64,000 nt of DNA, from the NCBI RefSeq assembly GCF_023055435.1, contig NW_025963891.1:19344001-19408000 (forward strand), given 5' to 3'. Made by a program: the position numbers and the translations under genes. How positions within the stretch are numbered: the first letter of the stretch is position 1; every line of letters starts with the position of its first letter. This document shows positions 35,468-46,800 of the stretch, piece after piece. The notes under the pieces are model-generated. The model searched no databases and was not told the origin of the DNA. It worked only from the letters and a program-made list of their open reading frames with translations. The stretch is from Haliotis rufescens (taxonomy: Eukaryota).

Positions 35468-37970
35468 TCAAACATAACTTTTAGTGTACAGTGTGAAAAG
35501 AATGGGGCCCAGAACTGACCCTTGGGGAACCCCACAAGAAAGAACAAAACTATCTGACGTTGCCTCATTGACAGTGACTGACTGACACCGTCCATCTAAG
35601 TATGATGTAAACCATTTGAGAGCATTTCCTTCTAGTCCTATCTGATGGTGTAAACAGTCCAAAAGTTTGATGTGGTCTATGGTATCAAATGCTGCAGAAA
35701 GATCAAGTAGAACAAGCAAGCTTACGTTACCTCTGTTTGCAGATGTAAGGAGTTCATTGAAGTCTCTAAGTAATGCAGGGCATTGAAGTGTTCGGAAGTC
35801 GAATTTTTACTGCCTTCTCAAGCACTTTCGAGATGAAAGGTAGGTTTGATACCGGACGGGACGGTAGTTTTCCAGCAAATTTGGATTCAGACCAGGCTTC
35901 TTGAGGAGAGGTTTAACTATAGCTTTCTTGAAACTCTTAGGAACTTCACCTGATGAAAGACTGAGGTTGATAATCTTTGTTATGGCAGGAAGTAGAGTGT
36001 CAATGTGATCAATGACGATCTTTGTTGGAATTTGATCTAGTTGACAGAACGTAGGTTTTGAATCAATGATCATTTTCCGGATTTCTAGTTCTGAGAACAG
36101 TTTCAAATCCTTCAGAGGTTCATCATTGAAACTGTTTTGCATGTCATGTAGTAGCAGGGGACTGTCACGTAAACAATCTGGAATGACGTTTGTGTGACTG
36201 TCATGGTTGGACTTCACATCTAGGTTTTGTCGAATATTTTGTATCTTGTTGACAAAGTAGTTGCTAAAATCACTGGCTAATTGTTTGCTGCTCGCTGATT
36301 TTGGCAGATTCTTGTCGGTCTCCTTGCCAATCAAAGAGAAAGTAAACTTATAGAGATTGCCTGGACGACCCACACTGTCCTTGATTTTCTGTAGGCAGTA
36401 GGCTGTTTTAGGTACTTATCTGCTGAGTAACGGCATTTCGTGCCGCTTTATAGATCTGTCTATGAACTTCCAATTTTGATTTACGCCACTGACGTTCAGC
36501 AATGCGTCTAGGTGCCTTTGCACGTGAAACAGTATCACAATACCAAGGAGCTGCAGGCCTACTAGGAATTTGCTTGTCTACACCTGGTGCATGTAGATCA
36601 AGGAGATTAGAAAGAGTGATGTGATAAGACCGACAAATCTCGTCTAGATCATTGGGTGGATCTATCAGTAGACTAGATTCTTTCAAGTCACATGAAAATG
36701 CTGATGCATCCATATTCTTGGTGTTGCGACACCGAACGCTGACTTTGATTCGTGAAGGAGCTTTAAGGGACAGCTCAATGAATACCATGTACTGATCAGA
36801 TATGTGTATATCCCATACTGACACATTGGATATGATGTTACTCTCCCTTCTGGTCACAACCCAGTCAATAATGTGACCAGACTTGTGATTTGGGCTGTCC
36901 ACATGTTGTTGTAGTCCGTGAGAATTCAATAGCCTGGCTAATTTCTTAACTTCCGCTTTTTCAGTTTGTTCATAATGGACATTAAAGTCTCCAAGAAGAA
37001 GTATTTTTTCCTGTTTGTAATTTTCGAACAGAACTGAAAAATCCGCATAAAACTGAGATTGGGGAATTTCATTTCGTTTTGATGGAGGTGGTCTGTATAT
37101 GCATGCAATCGAATACTGACACTTGCAATTGAGATAGTCCACTCCATCAGTTCGAATGACTGAAAGTTGTGTCCAGTTGAATCAATAACAGATAAATCAA
37201 TGTGTGATTTATGGACAACTGCAATTGCCGCCACCACCTCCGGATTTACGTGGAAAATGATTAAATGAATACCCGATAGGTGTCATCTCGGCCACTTGGG
37301 ATTCGTCTCCACGTTCTCTGAGCCATGTTTCGGGGAATACTACCAATCCGAGTTGATAATCCGTCACAGCATCAGCAATATCGATAGCTTTGTTCCGAGA
37401 CGACTGGGCATTCCACAATGCGACAGTTAAATTTGAAGATTTTCGTATGGGATGCACTCTTATAATATTTGAGAAGTCAATGTCATTCCTAGTATTGCCA
37501 GATTGACATGGTCGGTTATATTGTCCATATACAACTTTGATTAGTCTTTCTTTCTTCCTCCCACTTCGAGTGCCTCTCCGCGTTCGCTTACTAACACATA
37601 TATTTAATTCTCTAAGGCAATATATTATTGAGGGTGGTATCCACTGTTTTACTTCTGAATTGAGAGAAAGAAGGTTTTCTCTAGTGTAGTGTTCAATGCT
37701 TGGGGTTTCTTTGTCCTCCTTGACTGTTGGCCAAGGCTGGTTGATTGTCCCCATTGTTCTACACCGGTCCCAAGCTGAGGTGTGATTGCATGTAGCAGTC
37801 AAATTTGTAAACTTATGGCTGTAGTTTTCATCATGAATTGAATTTCTTCATATGAAACACACAGAAATGTTCCTGGTCTTCTTAGCTACATGAAAGTCAC
37901 AAGTGATCACGAAAGATAGCAAAAAAGGGAGAGCTGTGATTTTCTGCTGCCAGGCGGCGCGAGCACACTC
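35468..37970 (-). mobile_element. CR1/L2-group LINE, APE endonuclease plus RT, frameshifted, 3' part missing
   Basis: 'LWNAQS.RNK', 'ETWL', 'IYRPP', 'GDFN', 'HKSGHIID', 'PLLKKP.L....LENYRPV', 'LVLLDLSAAFDTIDH', 'GVPQGSVLGPILF'. Confidence 0.95.
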
Positions 37971-38199
37971 TCACACTATATATATAAAATTTGTATCAGA
38001 TACGAACACTTATTCCCTTCAGCCGTAGTCAGCGACGCTACCAACGGAGCTAAACCTGCATTTGTGAGTTTCTGTAGATTTAAAAAACAGATTGCAATGA
38101 ATAAAAATATTAACACTTATAGACCGTTGTGTACAAAACGGTAGAGTATAACTTACTTCATTCTTGGTTAAGTATGGTTAAGTTATTCATGTGTAGTTC

Positions 38200-40620
38200 T
38201 TATATTCGATTTATACCACTTCAAATTACCCACAATCCTTGGCCAATGTACCTATAATTGGTATGTGAGACACGTGCTTGACTATTTCTAAACTGTTCCA
38301 ATTTGGGAAGATTTCTGAAGCTCCTCAGCCATGCATCATCTGTGGGTACACCTGGAGGCATCCACATTTTCACTTTTCTGTTGTGATTCTCCAATTCAAA
38401 GTCACCACCTTCACTTTTACTGTGATGACCGGAGGGAGAAATTACCTCACACTGATTAGGATAAGTGACAATTTCTGGTGGGGCTTGTAATCTCATATTT
38501 TCATCTCTCAGAATGAGTTCTTGATAGAAGTTGCTATTCATTGCTTAAAAAAAGACTGGAAAATTAATCCCGCGGCTGTGTATCATTGCTTGGCTGTTGT
38601 TTCTCCTAACAGCAGAACGATATGTGAATAATGGAATGATGAGTTCTAACCAAAGGCCAGACAGGAATTTGACATGATTTTTATGTTGCTTCAGCCAAGC
38701 ATGAAATGCAGAGATAGTGCACAAATGTTGCTCCGATGCCTTTGGCAGTAAGAAACTATACAAAGTTCGTCCGTGGAACCATATAGAAATATAAGGAGTA
38801 TTTCCCAAGACTTGTGGTGGTTGGTGGCTGACTAAGCCATATTGACAGCAGCTGGAGAAAAGAAGCCAAGCAACTTTGCAACATGTTGTAAATATGGTCA
38901 CCATAGAAATTTGAAAATTGCCCTCACACCATTCATCTCAATGTGTCCTGCCCCAGGTACAACCAGAATATGCTTGAAAAGTTGATGACTGGCATCTACA
39001 ACAGCATCATCAATGGGGTGATCAATACCACATTGCTTACTCAAACCCTGCAGGCCACTTTTGACAATAGCCTGACAAACTGGACATTTGTACCATTTAG
39101 TGAGCATTCTGCATAATCAATTGTAAGGAGAACCACCGCATCCGAGAACTTGGCACATTCTACTGTTACCAAATTCACTATCTGAACATATTTTATTCAG
39201 AACAGTTTGAGGAACTTTCATATGATGCAGGATTGACCATGGCTGGATCACCCAAACTAATTTCAGGTTAAATAATTGAATGGCCAGAGGTTACAACATC
39301 ATCAGGATTATCCATTTTTTTAACAGGAACCACTGGAAAATGAATGTGTACATTCATCAATATTGTCACTGAACAAACCATTTCTACATGTCAAGCTGTT
39401 AACAACTATTTCCAACCTGCTTTCCAAGAATGTATCCACTAGTGATGACAATTCATGATGAAACTTCTTACGAGCAAGACCCGTGAAGATAAGTCTTCAG
39501 TAACCCATGCTTGCCGTAAAAGGCGACTATGTTTGTCGTAAAAGGCGACTAACGGGATCGGGTGGTCAGGCTCGCTGACGTGGTGATTGCATGTGATCGG
39601 TCCCAGTTGATGTCAATCACTGGATTGTCTGGTCAGACTCGATTATTTACAGACCGCCGTCATATAGCTGGAATATTGCTGTGTGCGGCGTTAAACAACA
39701 AACAAACAAAATCTAACGAGCAACATCCAAAGCCTGTGCCATATCGTCCAAATTACAAATTTGTAACCAAGCAATAGGTGAAAATTGGGGACAACATTGG
39801 ATTTCACTGCTGGGGTCAATTATGTACATAATGTTTGTCATGACACTACATTTTGGTCTATGATTTATTGGTACCTGCCAGGATCTACCAATCACTTGGT
39901 TCTTATCAAAGAAAACTGTCAAAGAGCCTTTTTAGGGGCTATGAGATGTGCTTCAGGGCCAACCTTGAAGCAGGATGTAAGTGATGGATAGGCACCACAG
40001 GTTGAATTAGTTTTTGCTACCAGATATACCAGATATCGGCGTGATGATTGTGGGAAAATAAAGGAATTCAGCACATCTTGCTAACATGATAGTTTTCTTG
40101 GAAGATTGAAAAGTGTCGGTATCCTCAACTGTGTGGGAAACTAATGCACATAAGAATGTCAACAAGAGGACATTTCTACTTTTCATCCAGGGTTGAATGT
40201 TTAAATTGTCATAAAAACGGGAAGATTTATATTGATCTCAAACTTCTTTTGTGTCATCTGCTAATTGGGAATGAATGTAGCTGCCAAGGTCACGTGACAA
40301 ACAAGTGAGTTCATACTCCGACAGTTTATCATTTGACAAATCATCCAAAACACTTTGTACGTTTTCATTCAGTTTGTCTGTCTCATAAAATGGAGATTAT
40401 TTTTTCAGTTGTATAGTTCGCACAGGCAGTGCACAAGTAGGTTGATCTGGGCTGAAGGTACTCTAGCTCTTTTAGTTTCTCTTAAACCTTTTGGCGAGTT
40501 TTCTTGATTTAATTAGGTACACTTGGAAGTCTTGATTTTTAGAAAAGATTTCATGCTCGCTGCAACTGCATTTTCTGCCCATGTTGTAATTTTAGGATAT
40601 ATAGCTGTAACATTACAATA
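38200..40620 (-). pseudogene. Decayed putative DDE transposase of the TIR element (resembles DUF6589-type proteins by motif)
   Basis: 'FFDKNQVIGRSW', 'LGDPAMVNPASY', 'LGCGGSPY' (likely from GCDG), 'YKCPVC', 'VPGAGHIEMN', 'NHHKSW', 'YRSAVRRNN', 'EGGDFELE.HNRKVK.W.P.GVP' in order, with stops and frameshifts. Confidence 0.7.
39478..39711 (+). mobile_element. SINE family A inserted in the transposase
   Basis: TSD tct(t/a)acgagcaa at 39466 and 39712. Confidence 0.92.
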
Positions 40621-41734
40621 AATAGTATTGCAATGTTATATTTTTTAATACTTGTTTTCTTTTATGGCTTATTGTTGGCAACCAAAAGGACATTTGAAAA
40701 TAATACTCCAAATTTTAAACCCAAGGTAAGCGCCGTAAAACCACGTGTCCAAATTACGAACGCTTCATTCATTTCTGCGAGCAACCACGGTTTCAACGTG
40801 GCATGTATTGTCTACCATAGTTTTAGTGGGCGTTGGGACACAATTTTGCCGTGGACAGAGAGAGGGGTTGACATTTCAGGTTATTATTTACTTTCAATGT
40901 AGTGTTTTTGACTGATTTAAAGCACAGAATGTGTCCAAATGGCGGAGGGACACTCGGGTTGACAATAACCTGCGCAACAAACGGGGTAATGTTATAACAA
41001 TCGATGAATGAAAGAAGTTTTTGTAATGAACATTGACATGTTTTTTATACCCACCATCATGCGCCAAGTAGTACAGACAACGCACGGACAAAACTCGCAT
41101 GTTTTTATAGCAACGCAGGTCCAGTTTATTCTGTCAGTTAGGGGCATTGTCACCAGTTGGGGTTTTTCCCCGACCTGTGCCATGAGAATATGAAATTGAA
41201 CTGACGCATTACCTGTTCTCAGGTAACACATGCAAATTATTGAGAGCATAAAACCCTGACCCTGACCCCGACCCTTTACCCAACATCCCTCGTGCATGCA
41301 GATGCCGAGAATTAGTAAGTCGAATCTGAAGCTGACGCTGTCTTAAATCATCGTCAGCTGATACAGTTAGCAAAAACTGGAACAGATATGAAAGTCCCGT
41401 TTCATTAGCGATACAATAGTGCGAGCGCTGTTTTATTCATTTGGCCTTTGAAATATACCGCATGCTTTGATGAACGCGTAAAAAACCTGAGGGATATTAA
41501 TACTCGTAACTGTTAACTATATAAAAGCTAAACGTCAAAGGACATTATCATTTTTTATTTACGTAATTTGACAAGAAAGAGTATTGTTAATCTTCCACAA
41601 AGATAATATATTGCACAACTATAAAGAAACACTGAACTTCAGAAGCTATTCAATAAGCACTGATATTCTGAATACATTTCACAAATGAAAGATGTTTGAT
41701 TTGTGATTTTTCAGAACAAAATTCTAACAAAATG

Positions 41735-42240
41735 TTGCTTTTCTAGCAGCATAACCATTAAGACCCATCTACTAGCCAATAGCAGAGGCACCAGCAGCTC
41801 AAGTCCCAACCCAGTAGATGTACACACCAGATCCCCTGCAACTGTGGCCACCAATACATTGAAGAAACCCTCAGATGTCTCAACGCCAGACTCAAAGAAC
41901 ATCAAACCTGAGTTGACATCCGCCATTTCTGAACACATCCTCAAGAACCAAGACCATACCATTATGTGGGAAGCCAGCAAAGTCCTGTCTACCAACAACA
42001 ACTGGTGACACAGAAAACACCAAGAAGCCGCTGACATCAGGAGACACCAGCCGACCATGAAACGTGATCAGGGAGATGCCCAGTGCTTGGGACTTACTGC
42101 TTTGATTATTGTCTGAGCTAATAATCCTTCTGGCCTCCATTTCTCCATTGCCATTTCCATTGTTAATACCCATCAGTACTAATTGCCCCCCTGTCCCCCG
42201 TTTGCCATTTGCCCATTGTCTATTACCAATCAGTGATATT
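41735..42240 (+). mobile_element. Penelope GIY-YIG C-terminal fragment (paralogue of 20328-21143)
   Basis: 'SAISEHILKNQDHTIMWEASKVL....W*HRKHQEAADIRRHQPTMKRDQG'. Confidence 0.85.
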
Positions 42241-42244
42241 TTAT

Positions 42245-43860
42245 ATAATTACCTATCAGGGAGCCATTTACATGTACCTCTTGGAGATCAGAACGTTTCT
42301 TAAATAAACACTATCTCGGCATGTGGTCCCATAAACGTTTATTTAAATTTTGCTCGATTTTACCACCAGTTGTATTTGTATTGACCAGATATCATGATGC
42401 AGGCAATAATAGTACGCTTGCATATGTTGACCAAAATTAATAATATATGTATAAAAAAAGAATAAGAGTAACCAGTCTTGATTATCCGCCCAAACAGATT
42501 CCATTTGGCCTAAAACAATAATAATATATGAATGGACCACTGAGAAATGGACCACAACAAAAGACAATGTATTCACTGTTGGTTGTTCAGTCAAATATGT
42601 CACTGTAGTTGAAAAGTACATTGAACTTGATGCCCCCCCCCCCACACACACACACACACACCACCCCCAGCTTATGATTGTGGGTTCGAATCCCGGTTCG
42701 CCCCGATCATGTTTCTAGGCTTGTGAGCACCATACCCGTGCACATTGGTTTCACCGAAGTTTGAGACCTGGATCACTTCGGTCTTTCCTCCCAAGTTGAC
42801 ACGATGTGATAAACTGGAATACTGTTAAAAGCGACGTTAAAGCCAAATCACCGTTCCTCCGATCTCTCTAGAATGGTCTAAAAACTTAATCATATGTTGA
42901 TCGAGTGCATTACCGAAGCACATCAATCATATGCCAGAAATTCATTACAACTTGGCAAGCTTTTGTACATATATGTTTTCCTAGTCAAACAATTTGTTCA
43001 ATAAACACGATAAGAGGTTCTTTCAAATTATCCAGTGTTTGCATGTAATTTACATTTCAACATCAGCGTTTGAAGCTTTCATTTCTGTCGTAGTTTCTTT
43101 CATCAAACATAATTCAAATATTCTCTCCGCCAACACGAACAGGTATGTTGATCAACAAAGCTTTTGCCTTTTAATCTTATTCAAGGCAAATGTGTTACGT
43201 TACATGAACAAGTGTCTTATTTCCATTTATTCAAAAACGATTTCTGCTCCTATAGAATTCAGGGTTGCTGTGCCCTAGGGGAACAGGAGCATTTGAAATT
43301 TCCCAATGTCATATAATACATAGTAGGAATGTTTCATTGAACGAATCATTTTGAAAATGTTTAATGGTTGATTTTCATTAAAGAAAATACAGCTTCTACA
43401 CTAGAAACACAATCGGAACGAACCGGGATAAAATGTTTCTGGCATGTCCAAGGGACGTAACTCTGCACATCGAATTGCGACGCCTCAGACGACAGGGCCA
43501 ATCGTGCCTCCTCGGTTGAGTCGAAGAGCTTTTGGACTACATAATGCTTGGCAATGATATGAAAGCGGTCATCTGATAGATGTATTTCAATTTCATTTAT
43601 CTGGTGATCGGAACCAGATAAGGGATTGTGTTCCTTCCTATAAGCATTCTTGAATAGTGTTGAAATCGGCGTTAAATCCATCTCACTCACTCAGTCACTT
43701 CTTTATCAATATCAGTATATAGTTACGTAGAACCCCACACTCTTTGGCAAGTTAGGTGTCCCTATTGGAGAAATGTTTTGTTGTAGCACATATATAGTTA
43801 TAGTGACCAACACGTACGATTAAGTAAGAGTTTGAAGTCGCTACTCACACATCAATAATG
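42245..43860 (-). pseudogene. GPCR pseudogene Y, copy 2 (partial)
   Basis: Collinear with 21410-23530; TM1-like 'NTLSFVVVHFSVVHSYIII' in ORF 42343..42657. Confidence 0.5.
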
Positions 43861-43864
43861 CCTT

Positions 43865-46800
43865 AGCATATTGTTACGTTCCTCATGATTATACACGTAT
43901 TTCATTTTCTCCAGAAGGTCCAGAGGAGTAATATCCATACACTAATTAAATACAAATCCAATCTGACCCGATTAATGATTCGAGATGTCTAAAATTATTC
44001 GTTGATGTCTAGAGAGGTATACCCTGACAACGAACAGTGCAAACTGAAAACATGTTGATGTCCACCTAGGTTAACAGCTGCTTTCGATGGTCACTGTTAT
44101 GTGACATTTTGTCCAGGAAAAGCTTCTCCCGAAATTGGTTGAAGAAAATTGCTTGGTGGTTATGGATTTTGTGGATGCACAATTTCAGCGAAAGTAGACA
44201 TGTGGCATGCTTCACGTTTGATTATCATGCACATAATCATGTTTGAATTAATTCGAGTGATCATCTCTGCAGTGATTTCTGCAATATGTAGCAAACGTAA
44301 TTGGTACTAGCTTCAGTTACTCCGTACACATGTACAGTAAAACCATGTTAACTTGAATACCAATGTAATGATATGGTACCTGGTGAGTCGTCATCAACAG
44401 TTTGGTGTCAGTACACTCCTTGTTTCGAACTACGGACAAGTCGATTTAGGTTTTTCGAGTTAAAGAGGATTTACTGTATTAAACACTGGAGGCATTAAGA
44501 CTATTCTGTGGTAAAGGGATAGTCCGCCCGCGGTTGTTATCTTGGCCATGACGGATTACCTTTTGAAATACATGTACACATGTTCCAGGAGTGTTATATG
44601 GCAAGAATAAGGCTTTGTGTGTTACTTCTTTCTGCACCAGGAACAATTGACTACAATCTCATGCTCAGCAACGAGACATTCTAATGAAGCTCTTGAGCTT
44701 TGATGTCAAAGAACGACCTTCAAACGAAAATTGAAATGACTTTATACATACGTTGAAAGTGGTAACATATCACCGCGAGGGCCCCTGTTGATAGTGTACA
44801 GGCTTAGAGAAAAAACATGACACCTACACCTAGATTAAGAGGTCGAAAATAACCTTGGATGTAGAGCTCTTGGGATCTGTAGCACAACTGGCAGAGGGAT
44901 ACATGTAAGCCTTGAAATAATCCTCTAGAGATTCTCGTGCCACATTGTATCTTCAAATGCCTATGACTAGGATATCACGTCGCGCTGTGTACTGTGCACT
45001 TAAGACAAGTCGGGCAAAGGTAAGTGAAGTTGGTCTCGGAGAGTAGGTGGATGGAGCGACTCTTGAGAGTTTCTAAGGCTACAGTTGTGCCCCCAGACTA
45101 ATGATCCATGTCATGATCCACACATAACATAGACTGAAGGAGAACATGTAAATACTGTAAATGTGGGTCAGGTTTAATTTAATATTAATCCCATGTGACC
45201 ACAACTAGACAGGCTGTGATGCCTAACTGTGTCCGGGGATGCCGAGGGAGGACTACAATTTCACTGTAGACTGCAGATTTAATTTGTATTAATGTTCGTG
45301 AGGAAATTGATTGGTTTCTCTTAGGACATTTAAGAATCTAACATTTGCCTGGAGCTTATTGCCATTTTTCACTTGGACATAACTGTCTGCTCCACAACGG
45401 TGGAGAGGAATTAGTTAAATCTACAGGCAGGTAGATGATAGACTTCAAGAAGGGGATGTAAAGCATTACGCTCCAAAGGTTCATGTCACAGTCGCATGGC
45501 AGGAATACTGCTGTGCGGCGTCAAGCAATACATACTTACTTCTTTCCATATTGTATGAAGGGTGGCTTTTAACGGTAGGGCACGACCTGATTACTATTTT
45601 CGTGAACACCTGGTGTCATCACTGATTTTCAGTAGTCCAATCATATAATTTCCACAGCTATTTTGCCCTTTGCGTTAAATGGAAATTTGTTTCGGCAGAA
45701 AATCTAGGCTGTTTTTTTCTCTCCTGCATTTACAATTTATATTTAAAGTTTAGTGTTTTACTGGTGACTATTCTGTTATGCAAGACTTCTGTTACTGGCA
45801 ACGAAGAAAGGGAAATTAAGATTCTTATGACTTCTTCCACCGCAACATGAAGTACAATTTTGTCTGTGCATGGCAGTGGGTGATCTAACATTCTTGTATC
45901 AGTCCTTATTTATATAGACAGAACAAACCTATGTCGAGAATACTATATTTAGTAGCGCTTTTGATAGTGTCTAACGGTACTCCTATCTTACATCGAGGAA
46001 GTGAAGCAGGGGTTGTAAAGGTGAAGGCTTGCAAAAAGCCACAGAATCGTTTTCGCTTCAGTCAGACTTTAAGTTTGTTTGAACAAAGAGTAATATCCTG
46101 AATTTCGCCTCATTGATTTCGCCACCTAGAATCACACGTGACTCGTTATGTAAAGTGTGTCAGTTAAAGGAGCAAATACCGTTCGAACGGCTCGTCTTAT
46201 TGATCCTTTAGGAATTTGTTTAGCCTTACATTAGGCAATCCCAGTTGTGAACTTCGGTCTTCACACTTTAACAGCTTGAGAGATTGTGGAGCAATGGGGT
46301 ATGTTACTTGAAGTAAAGGAGAGAAGGCAGATTTAATCTTGGCGTCTGAACGTCACCCACCAAAACACTGACCACAGCTTGAAGAGTGGTAATTTCCCAT
46401 CAACTGTACAGTCTTTATCAGTCGATGCGATCCAAGCCATTAGTGTATGTGTGGGTAAATAAGAAGCGTCGGACGTGTGCTTCTTGTGTTTGAGCGGTAA
46501 ACCATACTGAAAAATAGAATAAAAAGTTCTCTTTAATAATTTGATTGCTGGAACTAGCTTCAATCTTTGCATTCAATACTAGGTACACATAGCTGGGGAA
46601 ATTTTAGAATGGTGTACAATGGGCATCCCATTTCTTTACAAAGGCGAGCAAGTAGTCTTAGACCTCAACAAGACGCGAAAGTGCTTTCGTGTACATTAAT
46701 TTCCTACGAAGAGCTGGCATTATGACCGAGCTCTTTCATCCACTTGCTCCAGGAGATCTTAACTCTTTGCTATGCACTGTGTGTAATACAAAGATATCCG

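Larger units (their letters stand above)
33891..41179 (-). mobile_element. 7.3-kb DNA transposon with ~180-bp TIRs (right terminus CACAGGTCGG on the minus strand)
   Basis: Left TIR 33891-33902 plus 34157-34325 (split by a SINE) is the reverse complement of 41000-41179; flanks rejoin to the uninterrupted paralogue near 19700-19770 (with a short deletion); possible 2-3-bp TSD cc(a). Confidence 0.85.

Noticed and set aside
38200-41179. Bona fide ProtoRAG/RAG-like transposon
   Set aside because: No RAG2-like ORF, no RAG1-specific motifs and no 5-bp TSD; kept only as a loose resemblance
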